From assembly GCA_902803715.1 (NCBI GenBank), contig CADCRA010000141.1:2132-66131 (forward strand): a stretch of 64,000 bases of DNA. Direction: 5' to 3'. Numbering within the stretch: position 1 is the first letter of the stretch; each line of letters opens with the position of its first letter. Made by a program: the position numbers and the translations under genes. This document shows positions 53,380 to 62,213 of this stretch, piece after piece. The stretch comes from an uncultured Bacteroidia bacterium. GTDB taxonomy: Bacteria; Bacteroidota; Bacteroidia; Bacteroidales; UBA932. The notes beneath the pieces are model-generated. The model was not told where the DNA came from and made no database searches. It saw only the letters and a list, made by a program, of their open reading frames with translations.

Positions 53380-54311
53380 AGCAGGAAGAACATGGCGACA
53401 CCCAGCATGCTGACGGTGACGCCGAGAATCTCCTTCGCCTTGATCTTCTGCTTGTAAATCAACGAATAGGGAAGAATGATGAGCACCGGCGTCAAGGCCA
53501 TCAGGGTCGACGCGATGCCGGCGTTGGCGTATTGTACCGCCATCAGGGACAGCGAGACGCCGATGACGGGGCCGAAGAGCGTCGTCAGGATGGCGTAGGT
53601 CATGCCCTTGCGGTCCTTGACGGCGGTGCGGAAGCGGGACAAGCCCCGCTGCAGGGCCATGAGGCAGACGAATCCGGCGCCGCCGACGATAGCACGGATC
53701 ATCGTGGACGCAAACGGGAGCATCTGGTCCATGACAGCCGGCACGTCGGCCGGGAGGGCCGCTTCATAATGCTGCATGCCGATCTTGCTCAGGACCAGGC
53801 CGACACCTTGTCCCATACCTGCGCCGATACCCAGGAGAATGCCTTTCAGCGGCAGGGTGAACCGGACCTGGTGGCCTTCTCCCTTGCTGAGGATGGAGAT
53901 GGCGATACCGCTGATCGTGACGGCCATGGCCAGCCAGGACTTCCAGGTCATGGTCTCGCCGAGCAGGATCCAGCCGGCGATGGCGGCGATCGGCGGCGCC
54001 AGCGTCATGAACAGCTGTCCGAAACGGGCTCCGATGACCAGGTAGGAATTGAAGAGGCAGAAATCGCCGAAAACATAGCCGACCAGGGCGGACAGGGCGA
54101 GCCAGAACCAGGCCTGGCCGTCGGCATAGACCGGGTAGGGATGACCGACCGTGACCCAAAGGATGCTGCCGAGAAAGACGGACGCCAGGACGAGGCGGAT
54201 GACGTTGACCGTCATCGAACCAAGCCGGTGGCTGGCAATGTCGGCAAACAAGGCGGTCGCTGTCCAGCAGACGGCGACGATCAAGGATATGGTTTCTCCC
54301 AGGTGCGGCAT
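53376..54311 (-). CDS. DMT/EamA-family transporter
   Basis: About 10 TM helices in two repeats. Confidence 0.88.
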   Translation of the reverse strand: MPHLGETISLIVAVCWTATALFADIASHRLGSMTVNVIRLVLASVFLGSILWVTVGHPYPVYADGQAWFWLALSALVGYVFGDFCLFNSYLVIGARFGQLFMTLAPPIAAIAGWILLGETMTWKSWLAMAVTISGIAISILSKGEGHQVRFTLPLKGILLGIGAGMGQGVGLVLSKIGMQHYEAALPADVPAVMDQMLPFASTMIRAIVGGAGFVCLMALQRGLSRFRTAVKDRKGMTYAILTTLFGPVIGVSLSLMAVQYANAGIASTLMALTPVLIILPYSLIYKQKIKAKEILGVTVSMLGVAMFFLL

Positions 54312-54423
54312 GTCATTGAAAAAAATGCGGCTGCAAATATACATATTTTACAGCGACTCCGTTCGTCCCGGCGGTTGTAATATCTGTCCGGAATTTCTAA
54401 ATTTGCAGTCTTGTTTGGAAAGA

Positions 54424-55302
54424 ATGCAAAAGTTATTGTTCATTATCAACCCGATTTCCGGTGGCAGGAACAAAGATGCCATCATCCGCATGCTGGACAG
54501 CACCCTGGACCGGAATCTTTTCTCCCATGAAACCGTCCTGACCACCCATGCCGGCCACGCCACGGAACTGGCGCGCCGCTCGGATGCGGACATTGTCGTC
54601 GCCGTCGGCGGCGACGGAACGGTCAGCGAAGTGGCACAGGGACTGATCGGTACCGGAAAGTCCCTCGGCATCATCCCGTGCGGCAGCGGCGACGGACTGG
54701 CCCTCCATCTGGGAATCAGCCGCAATCCCCGCAAGGCGCTCCGCACCCTGACGGAAGGCCGTGCCGTGACGATGGACTGCGGCTTGATCGACGGCCGTCC
54801 CTTTTTCTGCACCGCCGGCGTCGGACTGGATGCAGAAGTGGCCTGGCAGTTCGCCTCCTCCGGGAAACGGGGACTGTGGACTTATATCTCCCTGGCCTGG
54901 AAGATCTGGCAGAATTTCCGCCCCGATACCTATGAGATTGAGACAGACGGGGAAAAGATGACGGCTCCGGCGGTCTTTGTCACCGTCGGCAATGCCAACC
55001 AATGGGGCAACCAGGCCCGGATCACCTCGCTGGCGTCCGTGCAGGACGGCCTGTTGGATGTAACCGTCGTCGCCCCCTTCCATACTTGGGAACTTCCCGT
55101 GCTGGCGACCAAACTGCTGGACGGCCGGGCCCATACCAGCCGCCGGGTACGGATGCTCCGCGGCCGGCAGATTACGATCCGCAGGACCCAGGAAGGACCG
55201 GCCCATTACGACGGCGATCCCTGCCGGAAAGGCCTGGAAATCCGTTTTGAGTCTGTCCCCTCCGCCCTTCGTGTCATTGTCCCGAAAAACAGAAAAATAT
55301 GA
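54424..55302 (+). CDS. YegS/DAGK-family lipid kinase
   Basis: NPISG, GGDGT, GSGD, DGLLD. Confidence 0.9.
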   Translation: MQKLLFIINPISGGRNKDAIIRMLDSTLDRNLFSHETVLTTHAGHATELARRSDADIVVAVGGDGTVSEVAQGLIGTGKSLGIIPCGSGDGLALHLGISRNPRKALRTLTEGRAVTMDCGLIDGRPFFCTAGVGLDAEVAWQFASSGKRGLWTYISLAWKIWQNFRPDTYEIETDGEKMTAPAVFVTVGNANQWGNQARITSLASVQDGLLDVTVVAPFHTWELPVLATKLLDGRAHTSRRVRMLRGRQITIRRTQEGPAHYDGDPCRKGLEIRFESVPSALRVIVPKNRKI

Positions 55303-57353
55303 ATAGAATAAAAGTGAAAGACTGGTTCGCGTTCTTCGCACCGCGTTTCCTCTGCCTGACCCTGATCCTCGGTTTCCTGATCCGGATCGTCCTGATCCTC
55401 CATCCCTTGACCGTGGTGGACTGGGGATTTGTGGACTGGCTGAAAATCTTCGGACTCGGATTCCTGAACGACCTGGCTTTTACGGGCATCGCCTTGGTCC
55501 CGGCTTTCGTGGTCTATACATTCCTAACCGATGACAAATACCGGCAGCCTTTCGGCTGGATCTTCTGGGGAGCCTTCCTGCTCCTGACCCTGTATGTCGT
55601 CTTCTGCAACGACATCACGGACGAATACGGCGGTCCGCTGCCGCGGATCGTCAATGCCGTCATGATCGTCCTGGCCGCCTGCCTGACCATTAAGATGTTT
55701 GTTCCGCGCGTGCGGAAAGGCTGGCGGACGGCGGCCATCTATATCATCATGATGCTGTATGCCTGCTGTGCCATCACAATCGCCTTCAGCGAAATCGTCT
55801 TCTGGAGCGAATTCGGCGTCCGGTTCAATTTCATCGCCGTGGACTACCTGGTCTACACCAATGAGGTCATTGGCAACATCGTCGAGTCGTATCCGATCGT
55901 GTGGATGGTCCTGGCCATGCTGCTGGTCGCCGGCGCGATCTGCTGGTGGATGGTCCGCGGAAAGGACATCCGCGAAAGCGGCGTGTCCAGTTGGAAACAG
56001 TGGGGCCTGACCCTGGCCGGGCTGGCGCTCTGGTGCGGCCTCGGTTACGGCTGGCTCCACCTGGGCTACCGCAACTTCGGCGGCGAGAACCTCTTTGCGA
56101 CCCAGATCCAGGAAAACGGCTGCTGGGACTTCCTGGAAGCCTTCGTATCCAATGAACTGGACTACGAGCAGTTCTACGCGATGATCCCGCAGGACGAGGC
56201 GGAACGCATCCAGAAGGAACTCTGCGGGCTGGACGCCGACGGCGTCCGTGCCATCCGCGACAGCCTGCCGCCGGTCCGCAAGAACATCGTCCTGATCACC
56301 GTGGAGAGCCTGAGCGCGGATTTCCTGACCCGGTACGGATCGGAAGACGGCATCACTCCGAATCTCGACACCCTGCTGGAGAAGAGCCTGGTCTTCGACA
56401 ACCTGTATGCGACCGGCAACCGGACCGTCCGCGGCCTGGAAGCCGTGACCCTGTGCATCCCGCCGTCTTCCGGCGAAAGCCTGGTGAAGCGGCCGGATTG
56501 CTCCGGTTTCTTCTCGACGGGCGACGTGCTCCGTGAGAACGGATACCAGACCCGGTTCATCTACGGCGGCGACAGTTACTTCGACAACATGGGCGCGTTC
56601 TTCGGCGCCTGCGGCTACGAAATCACCGACAAGAAGACCTATGACAAGGATGCCATCGTGTTCTCCAACATCTGGGGCACGTCCGACGAGGATTCCTACC
56701 GGGAAGCCATCCGGCGGTTCGACGATTCCTGGTCGGCAGGGGAGCCTTTCTTCGCGCATATCATGACCATCTCCAACCACCGTCCCTATACGTATCCGGA
56801 AGGCCGGATCGAGTACGACGGCAATCCGATGAGCCGCCGGGCCGCCGTCAAGTATACGGACTGGGCCATCGGCCGGTTCCTTGCCGACGCCGCCGCCAAG
56901 CCGTGGTTCTCCGAGACCGTGTTCGTGATCATGGCGGACCACTGCGCCTCCTCGGCCGGCAAGACGTCCCTGCCGCTGGACTGCTACCACATCCCGGCTC
57001 TCATCTATGCGCCGGGGTTCATCGAACCGCAGTATGTGGATAAGGTCTGCTCCCAGATCGATGTCATGCCGACGCTGTTCTCCCTGCTGCACCTGTCTTA
57101 CGATTCCCGGTTCTATGGCCAGGATGTCCTGGACCCGGCGTTCCGGGAGCGGGCCTTCATGGCAACCTACCAGGACCTGGGCTATTATGCCGATGATGTC
57201 CTGACGGTTCTTTCGCCGGTCCGCCGCATCCAGCAGTTCTCCGTCCTCCGGCATGACGGGTGGGAATACGAACAAACCCCGATGGAAGAGACCGCCGGGG
57301 AGGTGCTGAAAGAGGCGCAGGCCTATTACCAGGTTGCGAACCTTACCTATTAA
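55299..57353 (+). CDS. LTA synthase-family membrane sulfatase-fold protein
   Basis: N-terminal TMs, ITVESL, RTVRG, NHRPY, ADH, QIDVMPT. Confidence 0.88.
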   Translation: MNRIKVKDWFAFFAPRFLCLTLILGFLIRIVLILHPLTVVDWGFVDWLKIFGLGFLNDLAFTGIALVPAFVVYTFLTDDKYRQPFGWIFWGAFLLLTLYVVFCNDITDEYGGPLPRIVNAVMIVLAACLTIKMFVPRVRKGWRTAAIYIIMMLYACCAITIAFSEIVFWSEFGVRFNFIAVDYLVYTNEVIGNIVESYPIVWMVLAMLLVAGAICWWMVRGKDIRESGVSSWKQWGLTLAGLALWCGLGYGWLHLGYRNFGGENLFATQIQENGCWDFLEAFVSNELDYEQFYAMIPQDEAERIQKELCGLDADGVRAIRDSLPPVRKNIVLITVESLSADFLTRYGSEDGITPNLDTLLEKSLVFDNLYATGNRTVRGLEAVTLCIPPSSGESLVKRPDCSGFFSTGDVLRENGYQTRFIYGGDSYFDNMGAFFGACGYEITDKKTYDKDAIVFSNIWGTSDEDSYREAIRRFDDSWSAGEPFFAHIMTISNHRPYTYPEGRIEYDGNPMSRRAAVKYTDWAIGRFLADAAAKPWFSETVFVIMADHCASSAGKTSLPLDCYHIPALIYAPGFIEPQYVDKVCSQIDVMPTLFSLLHLSYDSRFYGQDVLDPAFRERAFMATYQDLGYYADDVLTVLSPVRRIQQFSVLRHDGWEYEQTPMEETAGEVLKEAQAYYQVANLTY

Positions 57354-57354
57354 G

Positions 57355-57388
57355 AAAAAACCGCTTCGGGATTCCGAAGCGGTTTCTC
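57355..57388. terminator. Bidirectional Rho-independent terminator
   Basis: aaaccgcttcgg-gatt-ccgaagcggttt between convergent genes. Confidence 0.88.
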
Positions 57389-58297
57389 TTATTTTTTCCG
57401 GGTGTGCCAGTTCCCGTAAATCTCACTGACGTTGCCGGCTGTGATGAACGCTTCCATTTTCCGTTCCTTCAGGAAATTGAACAGGGCCGCATATTCATCC
57501 TGGGTCAGCAAGGTGACGACCTCGATCTTCTCTTCGCCGGAATAACCGCCCTGCAGGTGGTACAGGCTGCAGCCGCGCTCCAGTTTCCGGACGATGAATT
57601 CGCGGATTTCCTCATGCCGGTCGCTGATGATGCAGACGCGTTTGCGCTTGTTGAGCGTATCGGTGAAATAGTCGACGGCGATGCCGTTGATCCAGGTTCC
57701 GATCAGGCCCAGGACGACCAGCCGGAACGGGTTGATGGCGAAAGCCGTGCAGCAGATCAGGGCGCCGGCGACGGTGACGGAGGTTCCGATTTCGAAATGC
57801 AGGTACTTGTTGACGATCTTGGCAATGATGTCGAGTCCGCCCGTCGAGGCGTTGATCCGGAACAGGATCGCCTGCGAAATGCTCAGCATCAGCACGAAGC
57901 AGATCAGGTCCAGCCAGGGGTCGTTCATGACGGAGGTGCCGCCTTCCGGGATCAGTTTCTGGTAGGGCAGGATCTTCTCCCACATGTCGATGAGCGGTCC
58001 GAGGATCAGGGCGGTATAGACCGTCTTCAGACCGAATTCCTTGCCGATGAGGAACCAGGCCAGCACCAGTAGGATGGCGTTGATGATGACGATCAGGTTC
58101 GAGACCTTGACCGTCATTCCGAACATGCCGAAGATATCGGCCAGGACGATGGACAGACCGGAAATCGAGCCGATGATCAGTTTGCTCGGCATCAGGAAAT
58201 AGTAAACGCCGATGGCTCCGAAAGCCATGCCCAAGGTCATGATGATCAGTTCCTTCCAGAACTTTTTGCTGGCAAGGGCCTGCAAGATTTGATTCAT
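57389..58297 (-). CDS. YitT-family membrane protein
   Basis: STGGLDI, RGCS..GGYS, AFI. Confidence 0.88.
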   Translation of the reverse strand: MNQILQALASKKFWKELIIMTLGMAFGAIGVYYFLMPSKLIIGSISGLSIVLADIFGMFGMTVKVSNLIVIINAILLVLAWFLIGKEFGLKTVYTALILGPLIDMWEKILPYQKLIPEGGTSVMNDPWLDLICFVLMLSISQAILFRINASTGGLDIIAKIVNKYLHFEIGTSVTVAGALICCTAFAINPFRLVVLGLIGTWINGIAVDYFTDTLNKRKRVCIISDRHEEIREFIVRKLERGCSLYHLQGGYSGEEKIEVVTLLTQDEYAALFNFLKERKMEAFITAGNVSEIYGNWHTRKK

Positions 58298-58381
58298 TTC
58301 TTTCAAATTTTGTCCAAAATTGCACAAAGTCTTTGAATTTTCAAACAAAAATGCATAATTTCGTAAAATTTTTAAGGAAAA

Positions 58382-59368
58382 ATGAAAAAATACATTTTAT
58401 CTATATTTCTTGCGGCCGTTTTTGTTCCGCTTTCCGCCCAGCACAAAGTGGACCGGTTCTTCCTCGATATGCGTACCTCCTTCCACCAGGAAACGATCGA
58501 TGGGGAATACAGCAGCCAGATGGTCGGAGAATACCTCAACCTGCATCTGCTCGGCCACATCGCTCCGAACGTGGATTACCGGATTCGCCAGCGGCTCAAC
58601 AAGAAAGTTTTCGACGAGCGGAACATGTTCAACGCCACTGACTTCATGTATATCAACTGGCAGGCGTCCCCGCATTGGAATTTCACGGCCGGCAAGCAGG
58701 CCGTCCTCATCGGCGGCTACGAATACGACGCCGCCCCGATCGACGTCTATTTCTACAGCCAGTTCTGCAACAACCTGTACCAGGGCTTTACCTTCGCTTT
58801 TTCCTCCACCTATACTTTTGCGCAGGATCAGCGTCTGATCTTCCAAATTGCCAATTCTCCGCTCTCGCTGGGCTTCCAGAATGTCTATGCGTATAATTTC
58901 GCGTGGAGCGGCAGCGTGGTTCCCTGGTGGAAAACCATCTGGAGTGTCAACTTCGTCGAGGACCAGTCGCACCGGATGGTTAATTACCTGTCCCTGGGCA
59001 ACCATTTCATCCTGCCGAATGCCATTCTGGACATCGACCTGATGAACCGCAGCGGTTTCGGCCAGCGCCGTTTCCTGATGAGCGACTATACGGTCATCTC
59101 GAAATTCATCTGGAGCGTCGGAGACTGGAACATTTGCGCGAAGGCCGGCTACGAAAAGAATGCGGCGGAAAATGTCGACGCGAATGGCCGGGCGTATGAT
59201 GTCGTGATCGCACCCGGCACGGAATACCTGTACGCCGGCTGCGGCCTGGAGTGGTTCCCGCTCGGCCGGGACAACCTCCGCCTGCACGCCGTCTATTACC
59301 GCGACAACGTCGACCATCGAAACAACTTCGACATCGGCGTCACGTGGCGGGCGGACATCATCCGCTAG
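58382..59368 (+). CDS. Outer-membrane porin-like beta-barrel
   Basis: Signal peptide, RQRLNK, AGKQ...GGYEYD, alternating aromatic strands. Confidence 0.7.
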   Translation: MKKYILSIFLAAVFVPLSAQHKVDRFFLDMRTSFHQETIDGEYSSQMVGEYLNLHLLGHIAPNVDYRIRQRLNKKVFDERNMFNATDFMYINWQASPHWNFTAGKQAVLIGGYEYDAAPIDVYFYSQFCNNLYQGFTFAFSSTYTFAQDQRLIFQIANSPLSLGFQNVYAYNFAWSGSVVPWWKTIWSVNFVEDQSHRMVNYLSLGNHFILPNAILDIDLMNRSGFGQRRFLMSDYTVISKFIWSVGDWNICAKAGYEKNAAENVDANGRAYDVVIAPGTEYLYAGCGLEWFPLGRDNLRLHAVYYRDNVDHRNNFDIGVTWRADIIR

Positions 59369-59370
59369 GC

Positions 59371-59748
59371 TCAGGCCATGTATTCGTCGATCGTGTTCGC
59401 GATGGACAGGACCGTCTGGTAGAAAACGATCTGGGAATCTTTCAGCGGCAGCCAATGCTCCGCGGAACGGTCGCTGCGCAGGTATTTGTCGGTATAGATT
59501 GTGTCATTGTGCCCGAGGTAAACCTCGACGACACCGTTCTGCCCGAGGCGGAGCGCCTTGATGGGACAGGATTCCGTATAGCCCTTTGCACTGTCGTAGA
59601 CCAGCGCTTCCATGTTCGGTTTCCGGCCGTTGTTGTTGGCCGCGTTGATAAATCCGTCCGACTGTCGGATACAGTCCCGAATGGCGTCATGGATGGCGTT
59701 GGCTGTCTGTTCGTAGGACTTGGCCAACTGCAGTAATGCTTCTTGCAT
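59371..59748 (-). CDS. Hypothetical protein
   Basis: ATG 3 bp after the DUF1846 stop; fills the gap. Confidence 0.7.
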   Translation of the reverse strand: MQEALLQLAKSYEQTANAIHDAIRDCIRQSDGFINAANNNGRKPNMEALVYDSAKGYTESCPIKALRLGQNGVVEVYLGHNDTIYTDKYLRSDRSAEHWLPLKDSQIVFYQTVLSIANTIDEYMA

Positions 59749-59751
59749 GGA

Positions 59752-61248
59752 TCAGGCTTCTTCTACGGTGTTCCGCTGACGGTCCTTGAGTTTCCGAACC
59801 GGATCGCAGGTCAGGCCGATGCCCAGTTTGTGGAAGGTCTTGCGGTCCACTTCGCTCAGCATGACCGTTGAATGGACCTGGGCGCCGGCCAGCTTCGGCA
59901 ACTGTTCCAGGGCCTGTTTGCAATTCTCGTCGAGCAGGCTCATCATCGAGATGGCGATCAGGACTTCGTCCGTATGGAGACGGGGATTGTGGCCATGAAG
60001 ATAGGTCACCTTGGTCGTCTGGATCGGGGCGATCATGGTCTGCGGAATGAGCTTGACGTTGTGGGCGATGCCGGCCAGGTGCTTCAAGGCATTCAGGAGA
60101 AGGGCGGCGCAGGGACCGAGCAGGGGACTGGTCTCGGCCGTGAGGATCGTTCCGTCGCCCAGTTCGATTGCGGCGGTCGCGACGCCGGAGCGCTCCATGC
60201 GGTCCTTCGCGGCGATGGTGGTTTTTCGGTCCGCTGTGGAAATCTTGGCGCGCTTCATCAGCAAGGCGATCTTGTTGACCTCGTTTTCCGTGGCTTTGCC
60301 GTCGGCGAAGTTGCAGACGGCCGTGTAGTAGCGGCGGATAATCTCCTGGTAGGAGGCCTCCCGGCAGACATCGTCGTCGCTGATGCAGTAGCCGATCATG
60401 TTGACGCCCATGTCGGTCGGGGACTTGTACGGCGTATCTCCGTAGATATCGTCGAACAACGCGTTCATGACCGGGAAGATCTCGACGTCGCGGTTGTAGT
60501 TGACGGCGGTCTCGCCGTATGCGTCCAGGTGGAACGGGTCGATCATGTTGACATCGTCCAGGTCGGCCGTCGCCGCCTCATAGGCGATGTTGACCGGGTG
60601 CGTGAGGGGCAGGTTCCAGATCGGGAAGGTCTCGAACTTGGCGTAACCGGCCTTGACACCTCGCTTGTTCTCCTGGTACAACTGGCTGAGGCAGACGGCC
60701 ATCTTGCCGCTGCCCGGACCGGGCGCCGTCACGACGACGAGCGGGCGGGTCGTCTCGACATAGTCGTTCTTGCCGAAACCGTCCTCCGAATCGATCAGGG
60801 CGACATTGTTGGGATAGCCTTCGATCGTATGGTGGTAGTAGACCTTGATTCCCATGTTCTCCAGGCGCTTGCGGTAGGCTTCCGCGCTGGACTGGCCGTT
60901 GAAATGGGTGATGACAACGCTGTTGACGCTCAGGCCGCGGGCCATGAACTCGTCGCGGAGACGGAGGACGTCGACGTCGTACGTGATGCCCAGGTCGCTG
61001 CGGACTTTGTTCTTCTCGATATCCACGGCACTGATGACGATGACGATTTCCGCATCGTCTTTCATCTGCATCAGCATCTTCAGTTTGCTGTCCGGCTCGA
61101 AGCCGGGAAGGACACGGCTGGCATGGAAATCATCGAACAGTTTCCCGCCGAATTCCATGTAGAGTTTGTCGCCGAAGGTGGCGATGCGCTGCTTGATGTG
61201 CTCTGATTGGATTTTCAGATACTTCTCGTTGTCGAACCCGTATTTCAT
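59752..61248 (-). CDS. DUF1846-family P-loop protein
   Basis: EFGGKLFDDFHASRVLPG, APGPGSGK, KFETFP, NYNRD. Confidence 0.9.
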   Translation of the reverse strand: MKYGFDNEKYLKIQSEHIKQRIATFGDKLYMEFGGKLFDDFHASRVLPGFEPDSKLKMLMQMKDDAEIVIVISAVDIEKNKVRSDLGITYDVDVLRLRDEFMARGLSVNSVVITHFNGQSSAEAYRKRLENMGIKVYYHHTIEGYPNNVALIDSEDGFGKNDYVETTRPLVVVTAPGPGSGKMAVCLSQLYQENKRGVKAGYAKFETFPIWNLPLTHPVNIAYEAATADLDDVNMIDPFHLDAYGETAVNYNRDVEIFPVMNALFDDIYGDTPYKSPTDMGVNMIGYCISDDDVCREASYQEIIRRYYTAVCNFADGKATENEVNKIALLMKRAKISTADRKTTIAAKDRMERSGVATAAIELGDGTILTAETSPLLGPCAALLLNALKHLAGIAHNVKLIPQTMIAPIQTTKVTYLHGHNPRLHTDEVLIAISMMSLLDENCKQALEQLPKLAGAQVHSTVMLSEVDRKTFHKLGIGLTCDPVRKLKDRQRNTVEEA

Positions 61249-61332
61249 AAAAAAGAATTGATTGGAATACGGGTTACAAAAGTACGGGTTTTCTGCGAAA
61301 AAACAAAGCTGGAACCCCGCCGGAGGCAAAAT

Positions 61333-61376
61333 AAAAACCGCCTTTGAACGATAAAATCGCAAAAAGGCGGTTTTTT
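61333..61376 (-). terminator. Terminator downstream of the DUF2490-like gene
   Basis: aaaaaccgccttt...aaaggcggtttttt. Confidence 0.75.
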
Positions 61377-61377
61377 G

Positions 61378-62177
61378 TCAGAAGCTGAACTTGTAGCCGA
61401 CGCCAAGTCCGATCTGGAGTCCCCGGTCATAGGTCAGGGATTTCAGTTTCGTCCCTTCGGCATTCGTGTCGATCTCCTTGTTGTAATTATAGTCGGTCAG
61501 CAGGAAGAAATCCAGCGTATGGCTCGGGGACATCTTCCATTCCGCACCCAGGGAGCCCCGTATCCGGTTGAAATAGGCGTCCGAGTATCCGTCGAAAACG
61601 TAGTCCGAGTACGACTGCGAGGCTGTGCTCCAAGTCGCTGTACAGGACGGATCGTTGAATACATTGCGCACTTCTATATAACCGTACGGCGTCATGGAAC
61701 CGAACCCTTTGTACGATACCTTGAAACGGTTTTTCAACGACAGGGAGTTCGGTGTATTCTGGAAGACGTTTCCGACCTCGCGGTGGGTCAGCTGGAGCCG
61801 TTCCTTGACGGAGAAAAGCCAGTCCCCGGAACGGAAGGACACCTTCCCGTCTGCATAGAACCGGTGGCGCGGATTCCATTCTCCGGACGAATTCATTTTC
61901 TCGATCAGGAGATAGCCGACACCGAACTTGAAGGTGTCATTGAACTTATAGGTCAGTTCCAGCCCCGCCTGGTAGCGGTCAGGAGAACCGATCCCGTCGG
62001 TCATGCGCGCCTCGCCCGAAACGATGGCATGAACGCCTTTCACGAGTTTCTTGTCGGCCTCGACGCTGAACCGTGCGCCGAAACTGCTTTCAGGTCTCCG
62101 ACCGTTCCCTGCGCCGATGCGGCGACAGGGAAGAGGACGGACAGAAGAGGGAACAGGAGGATGTATTTCGTTTTCAT
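61378..62177 (-). pseudogene. DUF2490-like outer-membrane beta-barrel, frameshifted near 62080-62095
   Basis: ATG at 62177 gives signal peptide MKTKYILLFPLLSVLFPVAASAQ but hits TGA; barrel (FGARFSVEADKK...RHR...ERLQ...YKFSF) is in another frame; total 800 nt, not a multiple of 3. Confidence 0.7.
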
Positions 62178-62213
62178 GGCTGTATCTGTAATGATGGAAA
62201 TGAGTTTTCGGGA

